A DNA stretch of 64,000 bases, from positions 2,109-66,108 of the forward strand of contig CALHCB010000031.1 of NCBI GenBank assembly GCA_937930695.1. Reading direction: 5' to 3'. Under the pieces are notes generated by a model, which was given only the letters and a program-made list of their open reading frames with translations, made no database searches and was not told the DNA's origin. Both the position numbers and the translations under genes were made by a program. Within the stretch, counting starts at the first letter, position 1; every line of letters begins with the position of its first letter. This DNA is from an uncultured Acidimicrobiales bacterium (GTDB lineage: Bacteria > Actinomycetota > Acidimicrobiia > Acidimicrobiales > SZUA-35). Positions 56,073 to 64,000 of the stretch are shown here, in pieces.

Positions 56073-56851
56073 GCCTTCCAGCTACACCGCCCGCAACAAC
56101 ATCGGGGTCGCGGCCTCGGCTCTTGGGTATCGGCCTGACAGGGCTCGCCTCCCTGAGCGTTGGCGTCGTTGCGGTCGGAGTGACATCGGCGACTGCCACT
56201 GAACGGACAACAATCTCCATCGAGCTCGACGCCAGTTCTCGGTTCGATATTGCGGTCGCAGGGCAGGTCCAACTCGCTCCCGCGCTTGCCGCAGTCACGG
56301 CGAGTCCGACCACCCAACCGGTAGGTCCAACCATCAACTTGGACCAGCTCGCAGCGACGCCTCCGCCGACCGTGACCCAACCCGAGGTGCAACTCGTTGG
56401 CCTCGAGACGAATGCAGGACGTCGCGGGATGGCAGCCCTGGAACGCCTCGACTATCCATGGAGAGAGGCCCTCGCCGGATGGACCATCTCATTCCACGGA
56501 CCCAGGAGCGATGTCTCCGGGCTGACCTACTTCGATCGTCGTGAAATCCAACTCTTCCCTGCGAGCCGACACAGTGACACCCAACTCGCCCACGTCATGG
56601 CACACGAAGTTGGCCACGTCGTCGACTTCCTCTACGTGACCCCTTCGGAGAAGGAACAGTGGAGATCGGCGCGGGGGCTCGATGGACGAAGCTGGTATCC
56701 GAGCGGCACCACCAACGACTTCACGTCACCGGCTGGCGACTTCGCAGAAGCCTTCGCCTCCTGGCAGATCGGCGACAACTACCAGGCTCGGCTCGGCGGC
56801 AACCCAACGGCGGCCCAGATCGAGCTGCTTGCCACCATCACCGCTGGCTGA
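56069..56851 (+). CDS. secreted HExxH metallopeptidase-like protein, tandem paralog
   Basis: The ORF is trimmed to the ATG at 56069 (ATGA overlap, GGAAGG SD). Contains a signal/TM segment (LLGIGLTGLASLSVGVVAV), VMAHEVGHVVD and AGDFAEAFASW. Confidence 0.6.
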   Translation: MSLPATPPATTSGSRPRLLGIGLTGLASLSVGVVAVGVTSATATERTTISIELDASSRFDIAVAGQVQLAPALAAVTASPTTQPVGPTINLDQLAATPPPTVTQPEVQLVGLETNAGRRGMAALERLDYPWREALAGWTISFHGPRSDVSGLTYFDRREIQLFPASRHSDTQLAHVMAHEVGHVVDFLYVTPSEKEQWRSARGLDGRSWYPSGTTNDFTSPAGDFAEAFASWQIGDNYQARLGGNPTAAQIELLATITAG

Positions 56852-56888
56852 AACCAGCATCGTCGACAACGCACCGAGCTGGAACGAA

Positions 56889-56931
56889 GAGAACCGCGAC
56901 CCGAGGGTCGCGGTTCTCACAATCAGTTTTT
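56889..56931. terminator. probable bidirectional terminator between the HExxH gene pair and glnK
   Basis: Perfect 13-bp stem GAGAACCGCGACC-cgag-GGTCGCGGTTCTC, with a T-run (CAGTTTTT) downstream on the plus strand. Confidence 0.5.
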
Positions 56932-56937
56932 CACAGA

Positions 56938-57323
<386 letters not shown>

Positions 57324-57340
57324 CTAGTTCCGAATCCAGC

Positions 57341-58798
57341 TCAGACCGACGAAGCGACGAGCATGTCAGGACCGTAGCCCGGTGCACCATGCTCCGACAC
57401 GTCAAGTCCGGCGATCTCCTCTTCAGCGCTGACTCGAAGGAGTCCAGCGGCCTTGAGGCCTGCAAAGAGTGCTCCAGCAGCGACCGACACGAACGCCGCA
57501 ATAGCGACGACACCGATCAGCTGGGTGACGAGCAATGAAGCACCGCCACCGTAGAAGAGCCCAGCGCTTTCCTCAGCGCCGTTGATGGGTGAGGTCGTGG
57601 CGAGCAGTCCAGTGGCAATCAGGCCCCAGGCTCCACAAACACCGTGCACCGAGAAGGCGCCAACCGGGTCGTCAATACCCGCACGTTCAATGGCGAGGAC
57701 CGAGAGCACGACGATCGAGCCTGCAACCACACCAGTGAGCAGCGCTCCGAAGGCGGACACTTCGCCCACACCGGAGCAGATCGCAACAAGCCCAGCGAGC
57801 AAACCGTTACCAGCCATCGAGACATCAGGCTTCTTCATGGTGATCCACGAGGTGGCCATGGCACCCATCGCACCCGCTGCAGCAGCGAAGGCAGTGATGA
57901 CGGCAATAACAGGAACTGCCATATCGGCCTGCAGCTGCGAGCCAGGATTGAACCCAAACCAACCGATGAAGAGGATGAACACACCTGTGATGGCGAGCGG
58001 AACGCTATGGCCCGGCATCGCCTTCGGCTTGCCGTCAGCGGTGAACTTGCCGATCCGAGGACCAATGATGATGGCACCCATGAGAGCAGCGAAACCGCCG
58101 GTCATGTGCACAAGTCCAGATCCGGCGAAGTCGACGAATCCTGTAGCTCGACTGGAGAGGAATCCGCCGCCCCACTGCCAGCTGACAACGATCGGGTAGA
58201 TCAAACCGGTGAGAACCACCGAATAGAGGAGGTAGCCAATGAACTTGGTTCGACCCGCCACCGCCCCGGACACAATCGTCGCTGCCGTTGCTGCGAATGC
58301 AGCCTGGAAGAAGAAGTCGACCGGAATCGCAAGCGGATAGAAGCCGTCATCGGCGAGGGCCTCAGGGCCGACATCAACGAGATAGCTGCTGAAGAAGCCC
58401 GGAACCCACAATCCTGCAGAACCAATCCAACCGTTGAAGTCGCCCGGATAGGCGATGCCCCAACCGATGAAGGCAAACATCAACACGCCAATGCTGACGT
58501 CCATGAGATTCTTCATCATGATGTTGGCTGCGTTCTTCGCCCGAGTGAGACCGGCTTCGACGAGACCGAACCCAGCCTGCATCAAGAAGACGAGCACGGC
58601 GCAGATGAAGATGAAGATGTTGTCGAGCACCACCATGTTCATGGCTTCAGCCCCGGTTGCGGCTGTGCGGTCGTACTGCTCAGCCTGTGCCGATGCCGGC
58701 CCGGCGAGGAGCAACGCGCTCCCCAAACCTGCGACAGCGGCCATGCCGACTTTTGTTCGCAATCGCCGGCGGTTACCGGCTTCCCTGCGGTGACTCAT
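57341..58798 (-). CDS. amt: ammonium transporter
   Basis: 485-aa ORF with a signal peptide and Amt signatures (AGFGLVEAGLTRAKN, DFAGSGLVHMTGG, VHGVCGAWG). Confidence 0.9.
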   Translation of the reverse strand: MSHRREAGNRRRLRTKVGMAAVAGLGSALLLAGPASAQAEQYDRTAATGAEAMNMVVLDNIFIFICAVLVFLMQAGFGLVEAGLTRAKNAANIMMKNLMDVSIGVLMFAFIGWGIAYPGDFNGWIGSAGLWVPGFFSSYLVDVGPEALADDGFYPLAIPVDFFFQAAFAATAATIVSGAVAGRTKFIGYLLYSVVLTGLIYPIVVSWQWGGGFLSSRATGFVDFAGSGLVHMTGGFAALMGAIIIGPRIGKFTADGKPKAMPGHSVPLAITGVFILFIGWFGFNPGSQLQADMAVPVIAVITAFAAAAGAMGAMATSWITMKKPDVSMAGNGLLAGLVAICSGVGEVSAFGALLTGVVAGSIVVLSVLAIERAGIDDPVGAFSVHGVCGAWGLIATGLLATTSPINGAEESAGLFYGGGASLLVTQLIGVVAIAAFVSVAAGALFAGLKAAGLLRVSAEEEIAGLDVSEHGAPGYGPDMLVASSV

Positions 58799-58979
58799 GT
58801 TGTCTTCCTTCTTCCGTACCTGGGCCCGAGCCCATTTCCGTGGTCTGTACCGGGGATTCCCCGTCCGCTGCAGTCACAACCCTGGGACCGAAACAGCGTC
58901 TTGTTCCCCCGCTGGAGGACTTCGTTCATCAACCTAGGAGTGTCGTGTTTCCCGATCGTTCGGCTTGCGTGACGGAATG

Positions 58980-59031
58980 CTGACCACTGACTGAACGCAA
59001 TCTGAACACGTGCCTGAACGAGCATCTGAAC
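58980..59031. promoter_or_regulatory. array of five phased direct repeats CTGA(A/C)C at 11-12-bp spacing upstream of amt-glnK
   Basis: CTGACC at 58980, then CTGAAC at 58991, 59002, 59014 and 59026. The array lies 182-233 nt upstream of the amt ATG and directly after the stop of the winged-helix regulator gene. Confidence 0.45.
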
Positions 59032-59040
59032 GCTGTATGA

Positions 59041-59541
59041 CTAGGTCTGCAGGGCATAGCCCCGAGATCGGACGGTGCGCACCGTGAGTCCCAGAGGATC
59101 GAGACGGCGCCGTAGACGCATGATGTGGACGTCGAGAGAATTTCGATCCGCTGTGCCATTGGGCCAGCCAATGGCGGTGAGTCGATCTCGACTCACCACG
59201 ACACCAGGTCGTTCGAGGAATGCGCTGACGAGACGCGATTCGAGGGGCGGCAGTGCCACCCACATCGACCCAACACTCAACACCCCATCGGCACTCAACT
59301 CAGGAGGTGGTGGAGCTGGCTCGTCGTCGGAAGTTCCCTCGGCGAGCAGCTTCAGCGCCTGGGTTCGTGCCTCGACCTCTTTGCTGTCCGATGACAGGTA
59401 CGTCCAGTCCTCGAGAGGATCGGCACAGACCGGGGGTTGCGATACGGGGTCCACCAAGAGCAACCGCGGGCGCTTCGCCTCTCGAAGAGTGGCTCGACGA
59501 GACCTCTGCTCTGGCCAATTGAGCGTTTCGACGTGCATCAA
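59041..59541 (-). CDS. OmpR/PhoB-type winged-helix DNA-binding protein with truncated receiver-like N-terminus
   Basis: 166-aa ORF. The C-terminal ~80 aa are a Trans_reg_C domain (LESRLVSAFLERPGVVVSRDRL...SLDVHIMRLRRRL...VRSRGYAL). The N-terminal ~85 aa (PRLLLVDP) are too short for a full receiver domain. Confidence 0.7.
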   Translation of the reverse strand: MMHVETLNWPEQRSRRATLREAKRPRLLLVDPVSQPPVCADPLEDWTYLSSDSKEVEARTQALKLLAEGTSDDEPAPPPPELSADGVLSVGSMWVALPPLESRLVSAFLERPGVVVSRDRLTAIGWPNGTADRNSLDVHIMRLRRRLDPLGLTVRTVRSRGYALQT

Positions 59542-59759
59542 CGAAACGTAGTTTTGGCAGATTTCCGGTTTGTTTCCGCCACGTGACGACCAATGGGAAC
59601 TGATGGAGCGCGATCTTCGTTACCTATGTCGATGACCAACCGACCAGGGCCGCCAGGTTTGAATTTTTGACTGGGCCCGCCACTGACCAACCATGCGAAA
59701 TTCGCTAGTGTTGACGTCGCGCCGCCTCACTGGAGGTCGGCCAAACAGAGAGGGACCCC

Positions 59760-60947
59760 ATGGGACTGATGGACAAGCTCCGCAACGAGCTCGTTGACAT
59801 CATCGAGTGGATCGATGATTCAAGGACGACACTGGCGTGGAGGTTTCCGCGGTACCAGAACGAGATCAAGAACGGTGCGCAGCTGATCGTTCGTGAAGGC
59901 CAGAAAGCTGTCTTCGTCTATCGAGGCGCACTCGCAGATCAATTCGAACCTGGCCACTACGAGCTGACGACCGAGAACCTGCCGATCATGTCGACGCTCC
60001 AGGGATGGAAGCACGGCTTCGATAGCCCGTTCAGATCCGAGGTCTACTTCATCAATACCCGACCGGTGACCGACCTTCGGTGGGGCACCCCGCAACCGGT
60101 CACCGTTCGAGATCCTGACTTCAAGATGGTGCAGGTCCGGGCCAACGGCCTTTGTGTGGTCAAGGTTGACGACCCCGAGATCTTCCTCCGAGAGGTCATC
60201 GGCACCGACAGTTCCGTCGACATCGATGAGATCACCGAGCTGCTGCGGCGCGTCATCACGTTGGCCTTCGCCGACATGGTCACCGAGTCTGGTCTCGGTG
60301 CGATCGATCTTCAGGGCAAACAAATTGAGCTCTCCCAGAAGCTTCGAGAGTTCGTTGCCGAGCGAGTAGACGACGAGTACGGCCTCGCTATTCCCGACAT
60401 CACCATGAACATCTCGTTGCCTGACGAGATCACCCAGGCGATGACTCGTGGCGTTGCTCGTGGTGTTGAAGAGTCCGGGTTCCTCGACAACGTCGGCGAC
60501 CTGAATCGCTATCAGCAGGCGAAAGCAGCCGACGCGATGGTGATCGCCGCTGGCAACGAGAGCGGCGGCAACGCCATGGGCGACATGATGCAGATGGGCA
60601 TGGGTGTGGCCATGGCCGGGCAAATGGCTCAGAGCATGGGCGGAGCCATGCAGCCCCAGCAACAGCAACAGCCTCAACAGCAACAGGCGGCAGCACCACC
60701 ACCCTTGCCAAGCCAGGGTCCGATGTATCACGTGGCGATCAATGGCCAGCAGGCCGGTCCGTTCACGATCGAGCAGATGCGCGCCGGATTGGCCAACGGG
60801 CAGATGACCCCGACGAGTCAAGTCTGGACTACCGGGATGGCTGGCTGGTCTGCCGCCAACGTCGTGCCAGCGCTTGCGACGCTGTTCTCTGTTCCGCCGC
60901 CGCTCCCCACCGAGCCGCCACCGACACCGCCGCCGGCCCAGGGCTAG
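59760..60947 (+). CDS. SPFH (band-7)-domain protein with C-terminal GYF_2 domain (YdjI-like)
   Basis: 395-aa ORF. N-terminus MGLMDKLRNELVDIIEW...LIVREGQKAVFV, typical of the YdjI/virion-core-like SPFH family. A Gln/Pro-rich linker follows. The C-terminal YHVAINGQQAGPFTIEQMRAGLANGQMTPTSQVWTTGMAGW is GYF_2-like. Confidence 0.8.
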   Translation: MGLMDKLRNELVDIIEWIDDSRTTLAWRFPRYQNEIKNGAQLIVREGQKAVFVYRGALADQFEPGHYELTTENLPIMSTLQGWKHGFDSPFRSEVYFINTRPVTDLRWGTPQPVTVRDPDFKMVQVRANGLCVVKVDDPEIFLREVIGTDSSVDIDEITELLRRVITLAFADMVTESGLGAIDLQGKQIELSQKLREFVAERVDDEYGLAIPDITMNISLPDEITQAMTRGVARGVEESGFLDNVGDLNRYQQAKAADAMVIAAGNESGGNAMGDMMQMGMGVAMAGQMAQSMGGAMQPQQQQQPQQQQAAAPPPLPSQGPMYHVAINGQQAGPFTIEQMRAGLANGQMTPTSQVWTTGMAGWSAANVVPALATLFSVPPPLPTEPPPTPPPAQG

Positions 60948-60959
60948 GAGGAATCGACA

Positions 60960-62270
60960 ATGGAGGGATCGATTCCACCACAGCCCCCGAGCAGACCAGG
61001 ACCACCCGCGCCGCCACGGGCGCCAGCATCGCCACCGCCGATGCCAGGCGCGCCACCGCTCCCCACACCGCCGGCCCAGCCTGTCGCACCCACGCGCCCA
61101 GCGGCCCCGGTGCGGCCGCAAGCGACCCCGTCACCAACGGCGACCACCGCTCCCGAGGGGCAGCGCGACTTCAACTCATTCAACGCGCAACAGGATGTCG
61201 ACACCCGGCCGTGCGCGAACTGTGGAGGCCAACTCGAATTCCACATCGGCGACCAGAACCTTGCCTGCCCACATTGTGGACATTCTCAAGCCATCGAACA
61301 TGCCGAGGGAGCGGCTGTTGTTGAGCAGAGCTGGGCCTCGCTGCAGATGAACCAGATGTCTGGCCGGGCCATGAGCCACGCCGAAGGCGAGAAGGAAGTC
61401 GTGTGCCAGAACTGTGGGGGCCACACCACGTTCATCGGCACCATGACCAGCACCCGTTGTCCATATTGCGCAACCCCGGTGCAACGTACGGACATTCACG
61501 AGGCCCCGGACCGCCTCAATGTCGATGGCGTGCTGCCCTTTGGCGTGACAGACAAAGCGGCCAGCGACATCGTCGACGGATGGATTTCAAAGCGCTGGTT
61601 CGCTCCGACAGAGTTCAAGAAGTATTCGACGGCTGGTTCGTTCGAGAGCGTGTACGCCGCCTATTTCACCTACGACGCCCAAGCAACAACCGACTACACA
61701 GGTGAACGAGGCAATCGACACACGCGGACCGTCGGGCATGGAGACAACAAGCGCACCGAGACCTACACGGTCTGGCACCGGGCCAACGGTCGAGTCCACA
61801 ACTCCTTTGATGACATCACGATTCTCGCCAACACCGGCTTCACCGAGAAGTACGTGACTCGGCTCGATCCGTGGCCTTCCCAGAACATGCAGCCCTACAA
61901 CCGCGATTTCATCGCCGGTCACTTGTGTCGGACCTATGACCGAGATGTCGAGGAGTGTTACGGGCAGGCTCGCCAGGTGATGGACAACACGATCGACTCG
62001 ACCATCCGGCGCGACATTGGCGGTGATGAGCAGCGAATCCACAACCGACAGACGCACTTGGCAAACGTCACATACAAGCATGTGCTGTTGCCGATCTGGC
62101 TTTTGACGGTGATCTACGACGGCCAGCCGTGGCAGGTCTTCATCAACGGTGCCACCGGCGAAATCCACGGCGAACGTCCTTGGAGCAAGGTGAAGATCCT
62201 TGCCACCGTGATCACGGTTATCGTCTTGATCGTGCTACTGGTCGTTCTCAACAACGTGCTGCGGAGCTGA
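60960..62270 (+). CDS. double zinc-ribbon protein with Pro-rich N-terminus and C-terminal TM anchor (YdjG-like)
   Basis: 436-aa ORF with an AGGAGG SD. Two CxxC...CxxC ribbons (CANCGG...CPHCGH and CQNCGG...CPYCAT). C-terminal TM helix ILATVITVIVLIVLLVVL. Confidence 0.7.
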   Translation: MEGSIPPQPPSRPGPPAPPRAPASPPPMPGAPPLPTPPAQPVAPTRPAAPVRPQATPSPTATTAPEGQRDFNSFNAQQDVDTRPCANCGGQLEFHIGDQNLACPHCGHSQAIEHAEGAAVVEQSWASLQMNQMSGRAMSHAEGEKEVVCQNCGGHTTFIGTMTSTRCPYCATPVQRTDIHEAPDRLNVDGVLPFGVTDKAASDIVDGWISKRWFAPTEFKKYSTAGSFESVYAAYFTYDAQATTDYTGERGNRHTRTVGHGDNKRTETYTVWHRANGRVHNSFDDITILANTGFTEKYVTRLDPWPSQNMQPYNRDFIAGHLCRTYDRDVEECYGQARQVMDNTIDSTIRRDIGGDEQRIHNRQTHLANVTYKHVLLPIWLLTVIYDGQPWQVFINGATGEIHGERPWSKVKILATVITVIVLIVLLVVLNNVLRS

Positions 62271-62274
62271 GGTC

Positions 62275-62790
62275 ATGCTGTTCGTGATCGCCATCGTCAT
62301 TGCTGTGGTCGCTGTGGCTGGCGCCGGCGTGGCCTTTGCAGCCGGTGCGATCTCGAAGAATGCCAAGGCGCAGAATCAAGTAGCGCCCGGAGTCGCAACC
62401 AATGCACCGGAAAATTGGTTCGGCTCCCACGATCCCGAAGCAAAACTGCATCGACGAGTGCGCGATGCAGCGCACGGCCTTCGCCTGACGGCAAAGAACG
62501 ATCCGAATATGGTCGAAACGGTTGCTTCTGTTGACCGTGAAGCGGTCAACCTCGACGACCAAATCGTTGCCGCATCCCACTTGCCAGAAGACCTCAAACC
62601 CGAGGCCCTGGCCGGTCTCGAAGAGGCCGTGTCGCAGTTCGAGGAGATCACCGCCGGGCTGATCACTCGGACGTCGGGGCTCGGGAATGACAACGTCAAA
62701 GCGGAGCTCGACGATCTCGCTGAACGGCTCGATCTCGTTGCCGAAGCTCGGGCTGAACTCGACGAACAAGACGGTCAAGCGACCATCTGA
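62275..62790 (+). CDS. hypothetical single-pass membrane protein with coiled-coil C-terminus
   Basis: 171-aa ORF starting 5 nt after the previous stop. N-terminal TM helix MLFVIAIVIAVVAVAGAGVAFAAG, then an acidic helical region. Confidence 0.5.
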   Translation: MLFVIAIVIAVVAVAGAGVAFAAGAISKNAKAQNQVAPGVATNAPENWFGSHDPEAKLHRRVRDAAHGLRLTAKNDPNMVETVASVDREAVNLDDQIVAASHLPEDLKPEALAGLEEAVSQFEEITAGLITRTSGLGNDNVKAELDDLAERLDLVAEARAELDEQDGQATI

Positions 62791-62863
62791 GCCAAACCAC
62801 GTTCCGTTCTGGGGACAAAAGGCTCGCTGGAGCTGTGGCTCAGGGCCGTTGGGGACTAGCTTG

Positions 62864-64000
62864 ATGGGCGCTATGGACGCACCAGCTAGCGATGATCTCG
62901 CCCTCGAAGAACCGAATCGCCTCAAAGCCAGCCACGTCTGGTTGAGTGTCGGAGCCGTCATCGCATTTGTGACGGTGCTTTCCGGCATCGCCGCGACGGT
63001 GTTTCAGTTCCACGACGACTCCGAAGTGCAGCGCGAGGTGTTCGAGAACATCCCCTCGGCCTGGCGCCTGGCCTTCTACACCGTCATCCCGCTTCTGATC
63101 CTCTGGGGATCAGTGCAGCTCTCGTACCGAGTGAAGAATTGGGAGCGAGGCGCTCCGGACAATCGGAAGACCACCCCGAAGAACTTCAAGCGCCGCCTTG
63201 GTGACTTTCGGGCCGGCATCTACATGCAGACCCTCATGCGTGACCCCGCCGCGGGCATCATGCACAGCCTCATCTACTTCAACTTCATCATCCTGCTTGC
63301 GGTTACCACGGTCCTCGAGATCAACCACCAGGTCCCCGAAAGTCTGAAGTTCCTCAATGGCAACGTGTACCGCGGATACGCCCTTGTCGGCGATCTTGCC
63401 GGACTCGGCTTCCTCGCAGGCATGGTGCTGGCCATTCTTCGCCGCTATGGGCCGAAGTCGATGCGGCCCTATCGGATTGCCATCAAGTCCAAGCCCGAAC
63501 ACATGGTCATCAACGGTGTGCTGTTCTCCATCGGCGTCACCGGCTTCGGGGCCGAAGCATTCCGCATCGCCCACCAATTCGAGGTTGCAGAAGCTGCTGG
63601 CCTCGAGGGTCCGACCTTCGAGAAGTGGAGTGTCATCGGCTATCCACTCGCTCAGGCTGTCGATGGCCTTTCCAATCTCGGAGCGTGGCACCAGGGCTGG
63701 TGGATTGCTCACGTCCTGAGTTTCTGCGCCTTCATCGCCATCATCCCCGGAACCATGCTTCGCCACATGTTCACCTCTCCTGCGAACATGTACCTCAAGG
63801 ACCGCGAGCGTCCCAAGGGCGCCATGCGAGCCATGCCTGACCTGGAGAACACCGAGCTTGAGAGCTTCGGTGCCAGCACCATCGAGAGCTTCACGTGGAA
63901 GCAGCTCATGGACACCGATGCGTGCACCATGTGTGGCCGGTGCACCTCGGTCTGCCCGGCAAACGGAACTGGCAAAGCCCTTGACCCGCGAGAAATCGTC
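62864..64000 (+). CDS. membrane-bound (Fe-S)-binding reductase, 5' part (runs off the window end)
   Basis: An open frame runs from the ATG at 62864 to the window end (379 codons with no stop). It is absent from the ORF track because it has no stop. It has N-terminal TM helices and then CTMCGRCTSVCP, a 4Fe-4S ferredoxin motif. Confidence 0.75.
   Translation, partial: MGAMDAPASDDLALEEPNRLKASHVWLSVGAVIAFVTVLSGIAATVFQFHDDSEVQREVFENIPSAWRLAFYTVIPLLILWGSVQLSYRVKNWERGAPDNRKTTPKNFKRRLGDFRAGIYMQTLMRDPAAGIMHSLIYFNFIILLAVTTVLEINHQVPESLKFLNGNVYRGYALVGDLAGLGFLAGMVLAILRRYGPKSMRPYRIAIKSKPEHMVINGVLFSIGVTGFGAEAFRIAHQFEVAEAAGLEGPTFEKWSVIGYPLAQAVDGLSNLGAWHQGWWIAHVLSFCAFIAIIPGTMLRHMFTSPANMYLKDRERPKGAMRAMPDLENTELESFGASTIESFTWKQLMDTDACTMCGRCTSVCPANGTGKALDPREIV

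Noticed and set aside
63110-63975. Minus-strand ORFs 63110..63766 and 63709..63975
   Set aside because: The plus strand is open from 62864 to the window end. It encodes TM helices followed by a CxxCxxCxxxCP 4Fe-4S motif. That frame is missing from the ORF track only because it has no stop inside the window.

Overview
High-GC actinobacterial chromosome segment with a core-genome character. Lineage markers are mshA (mycothiol), a WhiB-family regulator, Rex, HspR with a HAIR operator, and an F420-type LLM oxidoreductase. The cytochrome c oxidase is caa3-type, with a heme-c domain fused to subunit II. This suggests a deep actinobacterial lineage such as Acidimicrobiia rather than classical Actinomycetia (inference only). 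I found no rRNA, CRISPR array, transposase, integrase or prophage. Gene order, left to right: hemD' - hemC - hemA - rex (minus strand); acyl-CoA synthetase; CAP-domain protein; SAM hydrolase; proC. Next is a co-directional overlapping string: moaD - CdsA-like membrane protein - RsiG-like protein - XRE regulator - mshA - YbjN-like. Then: histidine phosphatase; DUF45 peptidase; lipoprotein; tRNA-Lys; two tandem glutaminyl cyclase lipoproteins; hydrolase; two tandem flavodoxin-fold NAD(P)H dehydrogenases; acyl-ACP desaturase; ATP-dependent DNA ligase; dut; orn; acyl-ACP thioesterase. A WhiB7-like gene follows, behind a uORF-plus-terminator leader. Then: tlpA-ccdA; PGA-hydrolase-family protein; LLM oxidoreductase; pdxH; ABC-2 exporter. 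A long respiratory operon follows on the minus strand: HCO-I-like, HCO-III-like, membrane protein, ctaC, ctaD, ctaE, subunit IV, ctaG, methyltransferase. Then: ctaB/ctaA; clpS-DUF2017; tRNA Glu-Asp-Phe; purB; Zn-finger/disordered protein; purA; clpB; hspR-dnaJ-grpE-dnaK; two tandem HExxH proteins; glnK-amt; a short winged-helix regulator; an SPFH/Zn-ribbon/membrane trio; and the 5' part of a membrane Fe-S reductase. The most unusual content is a ligand-less heme-copper-oxidase subunit I/III paralog module heading the caa3 operon, together with His/Asp-rich tails on four proteins encoded in that operon. Other notable items are the WhiB7-type attenuator, a two-motif RsiG-like c-di-GMP anti-sigma candidate, and a phased CTGAAC repeat array upstream of amt-glnK. 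All product calls rest on motif recognition by eye, and no database search was run.
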